Shown: piece after piece, positions 1 through 10,132 of the stretch
Layout: the number at the start of each line of letters is the position of its first letter
Position numbering within the stretch: the first letter of the stretch is position 1
Origin: a candidate division FCPU426 bacterium
GTDB taxonomy: Bacteria; Oederibacteriota; Muellerivitia; Muellerivitales; Muellerivitaceae
Assembly: GCA_963719085.1 (NCBI GenBank)
Contig: CAVRAL010000004.1
Coordinates: 512,001-576,000 of the forward strand
DNA length: 64,000 nt
Reading direction: 5' to 3'
Program-made: the position numbers and the translations under genes
The notes under the pieces: model-generated
Seen by the model: the letters and a program-made list of their open reading frames with translations, nothing else
The model's database searches: none
What the model was told of the DNA's origin: nothing

Positions 1-283
1 CGACATCTTTTACATTTCTAAAAATGTGGTCGGCCCCGGCACCGGACCGGTTTCCATTTACATCAGTTATCCGGAACCGGGAAATTACGCGATGAAAATT
101 TACAACTCGGCGGGCGAGTTCATCGACAACCTGGGGCCGGGAACGCCGCCGGACGGAACCACCCACTCCTATCTTTGGAATGGCGACGGCCAATCGGGCC
201 AACATTGCGCCAGCGGGGTCTATATTCTTTATTACGTTGAGCCGGAGCGGGTTCGGGAAGCTAAAATTATTTTGTTGAGGTGA
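1..283 (+). CDS. 3' end of an exported protein with a FlgD-Ig/T9SS-like C-terminal domain (5'-truncated)
   Basis: Frame is open from position 2 (DIFYISKNVVGP...). Motif KIYNSAGE...YLWNG...ASGVY...KIILLR. Confidence 0.75.
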   Translation, partial: DIFYISKNVVGPGTGPVSIYISYPEPGNYAMKIYNSAGEFIDNLGPGTPPDGTTHSYLWNGDGQSGQHCASGVYILYYVEPERVREAKIILLR

Positions 284-361
284 TTAGCCCGAAAATCGCC
301 ATGGGATATGAAATTTTTTTAAGGTATCATTCAGAACCGCTATCGACGAGGAACTCTCATC

Positions 362-1291
362 ATGTTGGGCTTTTTATCCTTCCGGCCGGCGAAAAAACGC
401 CTGGCCGCTTACGGGCTTTTCTTTTTTCTGTTTGTATCCCACGCCCTGGCGCAATACAGCGCGGGGTCCACTGTCTATTTTCAGTTGACCAACGGCAACG
501 GCAGCGCTTTCACCTGGAACGGCGCCACCGTTCAAGCCTCCGTCCCCCCCGATTTGACTTATTTGGGCTGTTATGGCGCGCCTTGTTCCGCCGCCGGGAC
601 CGAAGTGTACTGGAACGTGGGGACCTTGGCGCCCGGTGCGTCTTTCGCGGTAACTTACGCCGCGGTCATCACGGCTTGCGCCAGCAATCTCCAAACCGCC
701 TATTCGCAAATCAACGTTTCCTCGCCGGTCACCGCCGAGAGCTACCCCCCGGCCAGCCTGTCGGTCATTTGCCTCACCGATACGCCCACCGACACCCCGA
801 CCAGCACGAACACACCGACGATCACCTCTACTCCGACCGAAACCGGGACTCCCACGATTACGCCCACCCCCACGGCCACCGGCACGCCTACGGACACCTT
901 TACTCCCACGGATACCCCAACTATTACGGATACCCCAACTCCCACCTCAACGTCCACCGCTACCAACACACCCACGGTGACCCCTACGCCGACCATCACC
1001 CCCACACCGACCGCGACGCTGGTACCCTTTCAAGTTTGGCCCAACCCCTTCAACCCGGTTTACGCCGTGAACGGGGTCTTGAAGGCTTACCAGGTTCCCC
1101 CGGGGTCCACCATGACCTTCTACACGGTTTCGGGGGAGCCGGTGAACACGGTGGGAGAAACCAACGGACTTATTTTGTGGGACGGCCGCAACAAGAACGG
1201 CCATATCGTTTCCGCCGGCATTTATTACTATGTGATTCAAAACAGCGGCAAGCCGCTTTACCGGGGCAAGTTGTTGATTGAAGGGACTTAA
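362..1291 (+). CDS. Secreted protein: DUF11-like Ig domain, long Pro/Thr linker, FlgD-Ig/T9SS-like C-terminal domain
   Basis: Signal peptide ending [23 protein letters not shown] repeats; VWPNPFNP...FYTVSGE...WDGRN...SAGIYYY. Confidence 0.75.
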   Translation: MLGFLSFRPAKKRLAAYGLFFFLFVSHALAQYSAGSTVYFQLTNGNGSAFTWNGATVQASVPPDLTYLGCYGAPCSAAGTEVYWNVGTLAPGASFAVTYAAVITACASNLQTAYSQINVSSPVTAESYPPASLSVICLTDTPTDTPTSTNTPTITSTPTETGTPTITPTPTATGTPTDTFTPTDTPTITDTPTPTSTSTATNTPTVTPTPTITPTPTATLVPFQVWPNPFNPVYAVNGVLKAYQVPPGSTMTFYTVSGEPVNTVGETNGLILWDGRNKNGHIVSAGIYYYVIQNSGKPLYRGKLLIEGT

Positions 1292-1342
1292 ATCGTGTCG
1301 AGCCGCGGATCTATCCGCTAAACCTATTATTTAAAAGTTCCA

Positions 1343-2758
1343 ATGAAACCCATCCCCTATTATTTGGCTTTATTCCTTTTCGGGCTTGCCTTCGGCCCCG
1401 CCGCGGGAACGACCGCCGACAACGGCGTCCAACAAAAAAAGGTCTCCGCGCTTCGACAGTATTACTACGGTAAATCGGGCGAATGGCTTTACGAGTCCCT
1501 TCCCCAATTAACCCTCCCGCCCACCCGGCCCATTCCCCAAGCGGAGCGCCCTTTTATCCTCCATGTGAATTGGGAAAAGCAGGACAAGGCCAATCAAGCC
1601 GGGTTTCCTTTCCGTTACCCTTGCGCGGTCGATTTCACCAACAACACGCCGACCGTCACCGCGCTTTACGCCGGATATCAGGTTAAGTACCACTTGGGCG
1701 GTCAAAAACTTTTTGACCGTTATTTTGAAAAAACGCGGGTGTCGCCATACCTGAGCCCGTCCTGGAAAAAAGCCATTTTCAGCCAATCAGACCTGATGCG
1801 GGATCGGGCCATGGTTTTTTACCTCGCCTTCGACCAAGATCAAGTCCGATGCGTTTACTACCCGGGGAAAATACAATTCAAGGGCGGGGACCGTTTTCAT
1901 ATTGAGCACTGGCTTCCCGCGGTCACCGCGGAGGAAAAAAGCGGTAAGAAAACCGATTACGCCCTGATTCAAAATTCCCAAGGGCTTTTATCCATCCTCA
2001 ACGGCACTTTTGACCGGATCGACAATCTGGTGAGTTGGACCGGGGATCCCAAATCATTTCGTTACGCCGGGTTCACTTATGACGGCCGGCCGCTTTTGCC
2101 GCTTCAACCCGAAATGGCCACCTGCGCCCTTTACGCCGACGGGCATGTGGCCCTGGGCGCCTACTCGCGCCTGCCGGACCGGGACCAAATCCGAACCTGC
2201 GTCCAAAACCGGTTCATGGTGATTGAGGACGGAAAGCCGGGGCCCGATGAGTTCCCCAACGCCTTCTGTTCGGTGTATGACAATATCGCCCGCAGTTATC
2301 TTTTTACCGACGGTCATCACCGCGTCGGGGTGATCTGGACCCTCTATACGCCGCCCTGCGTGTTGGTTCCCCTGGCCTTGGAAATGGGGATCCAGGACAT
2401 GATGCTGTTGGACATCCATTCGCCCATCTCGGTTTCCCTGGCCGACACCCGGGGGGCCGACCAATTTTCGTCTTACTGGGATTACTCAAAAAGGTCCTAT
2501 GACCTGGTTCCCAACTTCAATAAACTTTCCGCCTTTCAATCCACCCTCACTTGGCTGTCCCGGGCGCTCCATAGCCAAATCCAGGTGGACTACCCCCAAG
2601 AGGCTTTCCGAAACGGCGATGAGGATTATTTCGCGATTTACGCCAAGGGCTCCCCGGAAGCCGACCGGGTCAGCCAGCCTCTGGTTGAAAATCCCCAACC
2701 TACCCCGACTTTGGGTTTTGATTTATTGGAGCTCACGCCCCTGGTTCCCCGAAAATAA
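1343..2758 (+). CDS. Secreted phosphodiester glycosidase (NAGPA)-like protein
   Basis: Signal peptide. LNGTF, PLQPEMAT, VQN, ARS and MLLDI segments occur in the order typical of NAGPA-family proteins. Confidence 0.5.
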   Translation: MKPIPYYLALFLFGLAFGPAAGTTADNGVQQKKVSALRQYYYGKSGEWLYESLPQLTLPPTRPIPQAERPFILHVNWEKQDKANQAGFPFRYPCAVDFTNNTPTVTALYAGYQVKYHLGGQKLFDRYFEKTRVSPYLSPSWKKAIFSQSDLMRDRAMVFYLAFDQDQVRCVYYPGKIQFKGGDRFHIEHWLPAVTAEEKSGKKTDYALIQNSQGLLSILNGTFDRIDNLVSWTGDPKSFRYAGFTYDGRPLLPLQPEMATCALYADGHVALGAYSRLPDRDQIRTCVQNRFMVIEDGKPGPDEFPNAFCSVYDNIARSYLFTDGHHRVGVIWTLYTPPCVLVPLALEMGIQDMMLLDIHSPISVSLADTRGADQFSSYWDYSKRSYDLVPNFNKLSAFQSTLTWLSRALHSQIQVDYPQEAFRNGDEDYFAIYAKGSPEADRVSQPLVENPQPTPTLGFDLLELTPLVPRK

Positions 2759-2819
2759 TAAACAGGCCGAAGCGGCCTTTCGCTTGGGAATAGAAGCTTT
2801 AATTGGCTCGATGAGCGCC

Positions 2820-3944
2820 TTACGACAAACTCACGCCCAAAAGCCTTCCCAAGCTGTAGGTCAGCGCCGCCGCCAAAAGCCCCAATCCCAACTGTCTTCC
2901 CCCGGCGAACCAAACCGGCTTGCCGGTAAAGATCGTCCCCAAGGCCCCCAGGGTGAAAAGTCCCGCGGCGCTTAATCCCAGGCTGGCCCCAAAGGCCGCC
3001 GGTCCGCTCAAGAAAAAATAAGGCGCGACGGGTAGGATGGCGCCGGTGGTGAAAAGAAAAAAGGAATAAAGCGCCGCCGAGACCGCGGAGTTCCCTTGAT
3101 CGTCGGGGTCGATGCCCAGTTCTTCCCGGGACAAGGCGTCCATGGCCCGGTCCTTATCGGCCACCATGTGTTGGGCCAGCACCCTGGCCTGCTCGGGCTT
3201 CATGCCCTTGGATTCATAAATGAGCTGCAGCTCTTCGCCTTCCCCCTGCGGATCCACATCGTATTCCTCGGCCTCGACCTTAATTTCCCGCTCCGACAAT
3301 TCCCGCGAGCTGGTGACGGATATCCACTCGCCCAAGGCCATGGAGCAGGCCCCGGCCAAAAGCCCGGCCAGGCCGGTTAAAAGAAGCAGGTGGCTGTTGG
3401 AAGAAGCCCCGGCCACGCCCATGACCAGGCTCAGGTTGGAACAAAGCCCGTCGTTGGCCCCCAGGACCGCCGCCCTTAAGTTATTGCCGCTAACGGCTTT
3501 ATGCCGTCCCTCGATTTGGGCCAGGTAATTTCCCGAGACGCCTTGTTTGTCCACCCGCAAAATTTCGTCCAGCACCCGGTCGTGCAAATGCTCGTCGGCG
3601 GTCAGGGAGGTGCCCTCAGTTTCTTTTTGGGAAACATACATGTTGCGGTCCGTCTTTTCGGCTTCGGCCACCGTGCTTAAAACCGCCTTCGGCCCGAAGG
3701 TAAGCGTGATCCAAATGAGAACCCGGGCCCGCCAGCTCGGCTTGAGCCCGGGAACTTTCACGCCGGATTCGGCGAGTTTGTTTTCCCAAAAGGCGCGGTG
3801 CTTTTCTTCCATTTTCCCCAAGTTGGTATAGACCTGGGAAAGTTGTGGATTTTTTTCGGCCTTCGCGAGCGCGTGATACTGCGCCGCGCCGTCCACCTCG
3901 CCCCGCCAATTTTCCAAATAGCGTTTCACGTCCGCGGGAGCCAT
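2820..3944 (-). CDS. VIT1/CCC1 family Fe/Mn transporter with N-terminal ferritin/rubrerythrin-like domain (MbfA-like architecture)
   Basis: ExxH motifs (EEKH, DEHLH); LRAAVLGANDGL; SMALGEWISV; hydrophobic C-terminus. Confidence 0.9.
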   Translation of the reverse strand: MAPADVKRYLENWRGEVDGAAQYHALAKAEKNPQLSQVYTNLGKMEEKHRAFWENKLAESGVKVPGLKPSWRARVLIWITLTFGPKAVLSTVAEAEKTDRNMYVSQKETEGTSLTADEHLHDRVLDEILRVDKQGVSGNYLAQIEGRHKAVSGNNLRAAVLGANDGLCSNLSLVMGVAGASSNSHLLLLTGLAGLLAGACSMALGEWISVTSSRELSEREIKVEAEEYDVDPQGEGEELQLIYESKGMKPEQARVLAQHMVADKDRAMDALSREELGIDPDDQGNSAVSAALYSFFLFTTGAILPVAPYFFLSGPAAFGASLGLSAAGLFTLGALGTIFTGKPVWFAGGRQLGLGLLAAALTYSLGRLLGVSLS

Positions 3945-4075
3945 CCCAATCCTCCTTGAAGTTGATCCAAAGTAACCTACAAGAGCTTGTGGTAATTTTC
4001 AGCTCAGATAGATGAATCTCTCACTTTGATAGGCCGACCCCTTGGTAAGGTAACGTATTTCCTGAAAAAATCGGC

Positions 4076-4092
4076 AATGACTCTCATTCTCA
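4076..4092. promoter_or_regulatory. Fur-family-like operator between the divergent VIT1 and desaturase genes
   Basis: AATGACTCTCATTCTCA matches AATGATAATCATTATCA at 13/17 positions. Confidence 0.4.
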
Positions 4093-4162
4093 GAGCCCGT
4101 TGACGCCGATTTAACCCCATTCGGCCCCGCACTGGGGCTATACTCTTAAGGCTGTTCATCAA

Positions 4163-5290
4163 ATGACCAACGGCCCGTTGATCGGCCGTCCGTCGAACGG
4201 AAACCCCGTGGCTTTTTTAGACCGTGTTTTGGACCCCCCTTCTTATGGCTTTGTCCGAGACGGAAAACTTTACGTCCCGACCCAAGCTGAGCTTTGGCGG
4301 GAGTTTTTTAACCGGATTAACATTTTCCAATCCCGCAAAAACTGGCTGCCCCTTGCCGGCTGGCTGGTGGTGCTGTTTTTCGCGCCCTTCTTCTTCGCTT
4401 TTTTCATCCACTACTTCACCTGGAAGCTTTTTATCATCGGTTTCATCTATAGCATGGTCATCCTGGGTACCCATGGGACCGTCTACCTGCACCGCTACTC
4501 CACCCACCACGCCTTTACCTTCTCCAACCGCTTTTGGCTTTTTATCGTGCGCAACCTGGTCATCAAAATCATCCCGGAAGAAGTCTATGTGATCTCCCAC
4601 CACGTCCATCACTATGTGCCGGAAAAACCGGGTGACCCCTATAACGTCCACGCGGGCTGGCTTTACTGCTTCCTGGCCGACGTCAACCACCAGTCCATCG
4701 CCCGGAATTTAAGCCCGGAAGATTATGACCGTACCGCCAAGCTGGTCAGCCACGCTGGCGTAAAGCCGAACAATTTCGTTCAGTATCAAAAATGGGGCTC
4801 GATTTGCGACCCCACGCGCACCTTTTTCAGCTTCACGTTGAACTGGGCCTTTTGGTTTGGGGCTTTTTATTGGCTAGGGGGGATGCCTTTGGTGATGGCG
4901 ATTTTCGGGATGAGCGGGGTCTGGGCCGTGGGGATCCGGACCTATAACTTTGAGGGGCATGGCCGCGGCAAAGATTCCCGCAAAGCGGGAAGCGATTTTA
5001 ACCGGGAAGATCTTTCCATTAACCAGCCCTGGCCGGGCATGGTCACCGGCGAGTGGCACAACAACCACCATCTTTACCCCAACAGCGCCCGCAACGGCTT
5101 CCTTTCCCACCAATGGGATTTCGCTTGGCTTTTCATCCGCTTTTATCATTCCATCGGCGGCATCGATACCTACCGCGATTCCACCGATGATTTTTTCGAG
5201 AAACATTACAAGCCCTATCTGGCCCAAAAACACCAGGCGAACGAAACACCTGTTTCGGCCACCCCGCTGGGATCCGCCAAGCATCTCTAA
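4163..5290 (+). CDS. Membrane fatty acid desaturase (delta-9-like)
   Basis: His boxes HRYSTH, HHVHH and GEWHNNHHLYP; TM segments. Confidence 0.9.
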   Translation: MTNGPLIGRPSNGNPVAFLDRVLDPPSYGFVRDGKLYVPTQAELWREFFNRINIFQSRKNWLPLAGWLVVLFFAPFFFAFFIHYFTWKLFIIGFIYSMVILGTHGTVYLHRYSTHHAFTFSNRFWLFIVRNLVIKIIPEEVYVISHHVHHYVPEKPGDPYNVHAGWLYCFLADVNHQSIARNLSPEDYDRTAKLVSHAGVKPNNFVQYQKWGSICDPTRTFFSFTLNWAFWFGAFYWLGGMPLVMAIFGMSGVWAVGIRTYNFEGHGRGKDSRKAGSDFNREDLSINQPWPGMVTGEWHNNHHLYPNSARNGFLSHQWDFAWLFIRFYHSIGGIDTYRDSTDDFFEKHYKPYLAQKHQANETPVSATPLGSAKHL

Positions 5291-5474
5291 GCTTTTGCCG
5301 GCCGCCTCTTTTTTCCTTTCTTCAAATCCCAATTTTTTTGATTAAAATAAAGTCGTTTTTGTTCCGCCGTTTGCTTATTTAAAGGGACCCGCCATGGGGT
5401 TTTACGCGGCTTTAGTGGCTTATGGGACGCCACTCTTTCCCTCACTTTTTTGATAAAACGAAAGGTGGACTTAC

Positions 5475-5711
5475 ATGGCCCTCATCCAATGTCCTGAATG
5501 CAAAACTGAAATTTCCGAGACGGCGAACAGTTGCCCCAAATGCGGCTACAATCTCGCGGGCTTTAACCGCTTCTATGTGGCCAGTCTGGTCGCCAGCCTG
5601 TTGGGCGTCGGTCTTTTTATGACCGGCAATCAAATTGGCGGATTCATCTTGCTTGGATTGGGCGTTGCCTTTGGTTTCAAGGCGCGGCCGAAGAAACCCA
5701 AGCAAGAATAA
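5475..5711 (+). CDS. Small zinc-ribbon membrane protein
   Basis: MALIQCPEC...CPKCG followed by two TM helices; RBS AAAGGTGG. Confidence 0.85.
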   Translation: MALIQCPECKTEISETANSCPKCGYNLAGFNRFYVASLVASLLGVGLFMTGNQIGGFILLGLGVAFGFKARPKKPKQE

Positions 5712-5799
5712 AAATCATCCTCGACACCCGGCCCTCTTTCTTTTCGTCCAAACACCCAGTTATTTTCTCCCTTAGATCCACTACCACTAGGAGGGCCCC

Positions 5800-6513
5800 A
5801 TGCCCGTTGAATCTAAAACTTTGAAACTTAAATTATCCGACGGCACTGAAATGCGGGTGTATAGCTCCAAACCCGTCGAGCTTTCCCCGTCCGTGGGGCT
5901 GATGGTTTTCCCCGAAGTCTTTGGCGTGAACGCCCACATGCGATCGGTCACGGACCGCCTGGCCGAACACGGCTATCTTTCGATCTGCCCCGAAATCTTC
6001 CACCGCACGGCCCCGGCCGGGTGGGAAGGCGACTATTCGGATTGGACTTCCGCCGCGCCCCATTACCAAGCCCTTACCGAGCCGGGATTCGTGGCGGACG
6101 CAAAAGGCTGTTTTGACTGGCTTCTGTCCCAAGGCGTGAAAAACGTCGGCTCGATCGGCTTCTGCCTGGGCGGGCGCATCGCCTTCGTGGCCAATTCGGC
6201 GCTGCCCCTCAAAGCGGCCGTCAGTTATTACGGCGGCAATATCGCGCCGGCCAGCCTGCCCTTGGCGAAAGACCAGAAGGCGCCGGTTCTGTTTCACTGG
6301 GGCGGGCTGGATAAACATCTCACTGCGGATGTGGTCGCCTCGGTGGAGGCCACCCTGCGCGCCGCGGGCAAGGACTATGTCAGCACGGTTTACGCGAAAG
6401 CTGATCACGCCTTCAACTGCGACGCCCGGCCCAACAACTATCACGCCGAGTCGGCCGAACTGGCCTGGGTTTCCACTATCGCCTTCCTGAAATTGCACCT
6501 GTCCAAAACCTGA
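5800..6513 (+). CDS. Dienelactone hydrolase family protein
   Basis: EVFGVN, GFCLGG nucleophile motif, catalytic D and H (HAF); RBS GGAGG. Confidence 0.92.
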   Translation: MPVESKTLKLKLSDGTEMRVYSSKPVELSPSVGLMVFPEVFGVNAHMRSVTDRLAEHGYLSICPEIFHRTAPAGWEGDYSDWTSAAPHYQALTEPGFVADAKGCFDWLLSQGVKNVGSIGFCLGGRIAFVANSALPLKAAVSYYGGNIAPASLPLAKDQKAPVLFHWGGLDKHLTADVVASVEATLRAAGKDYVSTVYAKADHAFNCDARPNNYHAESAELAWVSTIAFLKLHLSKT

Positions 6514-6523
6514 CGCCCCCGCT

Positions 6524-6656
6524 GTCACCCTGAGCCTTGTCGAAGGACTGCCGCGAGTTCACCCTCGCCCCTTGCGGGAGAGGGCAGGATGAAGGGTGAT
6601 TTTTTCTAAATTAGGACCACCCTCACCCCAACCCTCTCCCGTCAAGGGAGAGTGAG
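6524..6656. repeat. REP-like palindrome cluster
   Basis: GTCACCCTGAGCCTTGTCGAAGG, then an inverted pair CCCTCGCCCCTTGCGGGAGAGGG...GGGTG / CACCCTCACCCCAACCCTCTCCCGTCAAGGGAGAG. Confidence 0.7.
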
Positions 6657-6832
6657 TAAAATATTTAAGTTCCCCTCAATTAACCCCTTTTTTCGGCCTA
6701 AAAACATGGCGTTTTATTGCCATTAAATTTGTAAAAGTTCTCCTAAAACGACCCGAAATTCAATAAACTAACCGCTCAATTCACTCGAAAAAGGCGGCCG
6801 TTTTTTCTCGAGCCGTCGACAAGGAACCGATT

Positions 6833-8236
6833 ATGCGCACTCCTGTTTCAATTTGGACGATGGCCTTCTTATTGACTTCAACGATGGGCTGGTCCGCGGC
6901 CACACCCCAACCGACCGCCTTGGCTTCCCCGCAAGCCACCGCGACGGTCAACCCGAACCAAGTGGGCTCGGTGACGGGCACGGTTCAATTGAAAAAACTT
7001 TCCGGCGGCAAAGCTTGGGACGCGGCCAAAGCTTCCCCACTCTTGGATAACGAAAAAGTCATTACCGGGCCTGATTCCTCTTCCTCGCTGATCCTAGGTG
7101 ACGGCTCTCATATTACGGTCGGCGCCAATTCGGATTTCCGATTCAATCAATTGCCAAGCTCTGCCGCGCCCGCTCAATACCGCCTCTTCAAAGGCCAGGC
7201 CGATATTCAAACCCAAAACTTTTTGACCCTGCAGGCGGGCAAAAACACTTTCCAAACGAAGAACTCAAAGTTCTCCCTCAGCTATGATTCAGGAATCAAG
7301 AAATCCGATTTGACCGTGACCTCCGGTTCGGTGACCGTCTCCAACGCCACCCAGACCCGGGTCTTCTCCGATGGACAGGAACTGGTCATTTCGGGCAGTA
7401 AATTCAAACCCGTGAAAACCGTCGCCGCCCTGACCACCACGGCCACGACGCCGGTCGCGACGCCCGCGGCCGCCGCCAAAGTCGTCGCGATGGCCGTCGC
7501 CGTTGCCACTCCGGTTCCCACCGAAGCTCCCACCGCCGTTCCGACGAAAGTCGTCGCCCAAGCCATCGCGACCGCCGGAGCGGCGCCCGATGCCGCGCCG
7601 ATCGCGGCGAACCATGGCCGGGTGATGACGGTGATTGGCGATGTGCAGATCGTGGATGATTTAACCCAGAAAGCCCAGCCCGCCAAAGTCGGCGATGACG
7701 TGACGGAGCAAGAAACCATCAAAACCGACGTTTCTTCCACCGCGGTGTTGAAGTTTTTCGACGGCTCCCAATTAAACATCTCCGCCAGCACCCAGCTTCA
7801 GCTTTCCAGCATCAAGCAGCTGCAGGGCAACGACAAAGTGCTACACTTCAAATTGCTCTTGGGGGACTTGATCGCCAAGGTGACCAAGCTGGCTTCCAGC
7901 AATTCCTCTTTTGAGATCGAGGGCGGCGGCGTAGTTTGCGGCGTTCGGGGAACGGAATTCCATCCCCACTATGACGCTTTCCATCATCTTTTCACGGTGG
8001 ATGTGATCGAGGGAACGGTCTGGGTCTTGAACGACGGCAAAACCAGCGTCCTCACCGCGGGCGAAAACGGGAGCTTTATCGGCAATCCGGGGAACGGCAC
8101 TCCTAATTCGGGCAACAATACCAAGCCCGGCCTGAATGATTTGACGAACGGCTTCCACAGCGGGAATAATTCCAACAACGAAAATGGCCGCAACACCACC
8201 CAGCAGACGCTGGGCGTCCATATCGTCGTACCTTGA
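6833..8236 (+). CDS. Exported protein with two FecR-like domains joined by an Ala/Thr/Pro linker
   Basis: Signal peptide; TGPDSSSSLILGDGSHITVGANS; TDVSSTAVLKFFDGS...VCGVRGTEF...VIEGTV. Confidence 0.8.
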   Translation: MRTPVSIWTMAFLLTSTMGWSAATPQPTALASPQATATVNPNQVGSVTGTVQLKKLSGGKAWDAAKASPLLDNEKVITGPDSSSSLILGDGSHITVGANSDFRFNQLPSSAAPAQYRLFKGQADIQTQNFLTLQAGKNTFQTKNSKFSLSYDSGIKKSDLTVTSGSVTVSNATQTRVFSDGQELVISGSKFKPVKTVAALTTTATTPVATPAAAAKVVAMAVAVATPVPTEAPTAVPTKVVAQAIATAGAAPDAAPIAANHGRVMTVIGDVQIVDDLTQKAQPAKVGDDVTEQETIKTDVSSTAVLKFFDGSQLNISASTQLQLSSIKQLQGNDKVLHFKLLLGDLIAKVTKLASSNSSFEIEGGGVVCGVRGTEFHPHYDAFHHLFTVDVIEGTVWVLNDGKTSVLTAGENGSFIGNPGNGTPNSGNNTKPGLNDLTNGFHSGNNSNNENGRNTTQQTLGVHIVVP

Positions 8237-8841
8237 GGGAGAAAAAAATGAATTCATCGATCGTGAAAAACTTGGGGCAAAAAACCGCGGCCTTGGCGCT
8301 CGCGCTGACGGCGTCCGTTTGTCAGGCGGCTTTCGCGGCCACCCCGGTGCCCACTCCCTTGGCCGCGGCCACGGTGAACCCGAATCAAGTGAGCGCGGTC
8401 AACGGCACGGTTCAGTTGAAGATGCTCTCGGGCGGTAAATCCTGGGACGCCGCTGTCGCCTCCCCCCTGGTGGACGGCGAAAAAATCACCACCGGCCCCG
8501 ATTCTTCCTCAAGCCTGATTCTGGCCGATGGTTCCCATGTCACCGTGGGCGCCAATACCGATTTCCGCTTTGTCCAACTGCCTTCCGCCTATCACCTCTT
8601 CAAGGGCCAAGCCGATCTGGACAGTAAGGGCGCCGTCCTGCTTCAAGCGGGCAAAAACACTTTCCAGGCCCAAAGCTCGAAATTTTCCTTGAGTTATGAC
8701 TCCGGCATCAAGAAATCCGATTTGACCGTGGCCTCGGGTTCGGTAACCGTCTCCAACGCCGCCCAAACCCAAGTCTTCTTAGCCGGGCAGGAACTGGTCA
8801 TTTCGGGCAGTAAGTTTAAGCCCGTGAAAACCGTCGCCGCC
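6943..8841 (+). repeat. Direct duplication of a ~480-bp FecR-domain coding segment (about 6943-7430 and 8371-8841)
   Basis: Near-identical peptides TVNPNQV...SKFSLSYDSGIKKSDLTV...GQELVISGSKFKPVKTVAA with matching DNA. Confidence 0.9.
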
Positions 8842-10119
8842 TCCGTCGTAGCCGCGACGCCCATCGCCGCTCCCAAAACTTTGGCCTTGGCCCTTTCCAC
8901 TCCCACGGTAGTTTCAACGCCCACCGTTGCCGCGACCCCGAAGGTCCTGGCGCAAGCCACCGCGGCTCCCACCGCCCAGTCGATGCCGATGACCGACTCC
9001 ATGACCGCCCAAACCGCTTCCGAATCCCCGACCACGCTGGACCAAAAGAGTCATCCTCACGTGACCGTGGCTTTGGGCGGGCAGTACGACGCTTGGGACT
9101 CCAATCAAGAACCGGCTTACGATGGTTGGGAAGCCTGGGTGCCTTTTTCGGTGAGCTTTGTTCAGCCCCAACAATTTAATATTTATGCCCAGACCCAATT
9201 CAGCCATGGGGTCTATAACAACAGCGGCATCCCGTCGAATTACACTCTGGAAAACTTGGGCGACACTCAACTCGGCGGCGAAGTGGATTTCAAAACCTTC
9301 AATATGCCGTCGGCTCTTTTACTTTCCATGAATCTGCCCACAGGCGACACCACCTGGGAAACCAAAGATTCGTCTTCCATCGTTCCCACCGAATTCATCG
9401 ACAGCCGTTATCAAGGACGGGGATTCGGGCTCAGCGCCATGTACGCCTTTTCCGCCCCGATTTATGACGGCTCCTACGGGCTGGCCCTGGGCTATCTTTA
9501 TTCCGGCGCTTTCAACCCGTCTTTTGGCGCCGCGTCCGGGCAGGACGTGAAACTGGGCGACACCCTTTTCGTTTCCACCAACCGCTCCTGGACCCACTCC
9601 CCGGACGAGCATGATGTGCTCCAGGCCTCCCTCTACTATTTTCTGCCCACCCAAGAGGGCGGCGCGAATTCTCTGCAGATGGGGCCCAACCTGAATCTGT
9701 CTTACGCCTGGGAGAACCCCCATGGCTTTTCCTGGGACATGGGCGGCCAATACTACTTCCCGGGCTGGCAAGTGCAGCCCGACGGATCCTTTACCCCGGT
9801 GGCTCACAACCAGTTTGGCCCGCGGTTCTTCCTGGACGCCGGCTATGCCATCGGCGATTTCTCGCTGTCCGCGCATTCCAAATATATTTTGGCCAACGAC
9901 TATCCCGTGTCTGATCCCAGCAATAAGTATGACGGCGGGGGCTACTTAGTGGGCGGCGGCCCCTCCCTTTTAATCCATTTCGCGAAGGACTTTTCCGTCA
10001 ATCTTTCAGGGTCCTACGACTATATCGACGCCATTGGGCTGGCCAACGCCAGCCCACGACAAGACGTGAAGTTTAACCAGTGGGGTTGTGGAACCGATTT
10101 TGAAATCAACTTTGAGTAA
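8248..10119 (+). CDS. FecR-like domain fused to a C-terminal outer-membrane beta-barrel
   Basis: RBS GAGGGA and ATG at 8248; signal peptide; aromatic-rich amphipathic strands, LGDT and LPTG motifs; ends FEINFE. Confidence 0.7.
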   Translation: MNSSIVKNLGQKTAALALALTASVCQAAFAATPVPTPLAAATVNPNQVSAVNGTVQLKMLSGGKSWDAAVASPLVDGEKITTGPDSSSSLILADGSHVTVGANTDFRFVQLPSAYHLFKGQADLDSKGAVLLQAGKNTFQAQSSKFSLSYDSGIKKSDLTVASGSVTVSNAAQTQVFLAGQELVISGSKFKPVKTVAASVVAATPIAAPKTLALALSTPTVVSTPTVAATPKVLAQATAAPTAQSMPMTDSMTAQTASESPTTLDQKSHPHVTVALGGQYDAWDSNQEPAYDGWEAWVPFSVSFVQPQQFNIYAQTQFSHGVYNNSGIPSNYTLENLGDTQLGGEVDFKTFNMPSALLLSMNLPTGDTTWETKDSSSIVPTEFIDSRYQGRGFGLSAMYAFSAPIYDGSYGLALGYLYSGAFNPSFGAASGQDVKLGDTLFVSTNRSWTHSPDEHDVLQASLYYFLPTQEGGANSLQMGPNLNLSYAWENPHGFSWDMGGQYYFPGWQVQPDGSFTPVAHNQFGPRFFLDAGYAIGDFSLSAHSKYILANDYPVSDPSNKYDGGGYLVGGGPSLLIHFAKDFSVNLSGSYDYIDAIGLANASPRQDVKFNQWGCGTDFEINFE

Positions 10120-10132
10120 GGGTGGGATAAAC

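Noticed and set aside
775..1020. Short quasi-periodic repeats (also 52080-52180) resembling an array
   Set aside because: They encode Thr-Pro linkers in frame. There is no constant repeat/unique spacer structure and no cas genes.
280..1281. Long alternative-frame and antisense ORFs (e.g. 280-1281, 12658-13590, 13823-14917, 29473-30474, 35455-36309)
   Set aside because: Shadow ORFs of GC-rich genes. They overlap better-supported CDSs and have no recognisable motifs.
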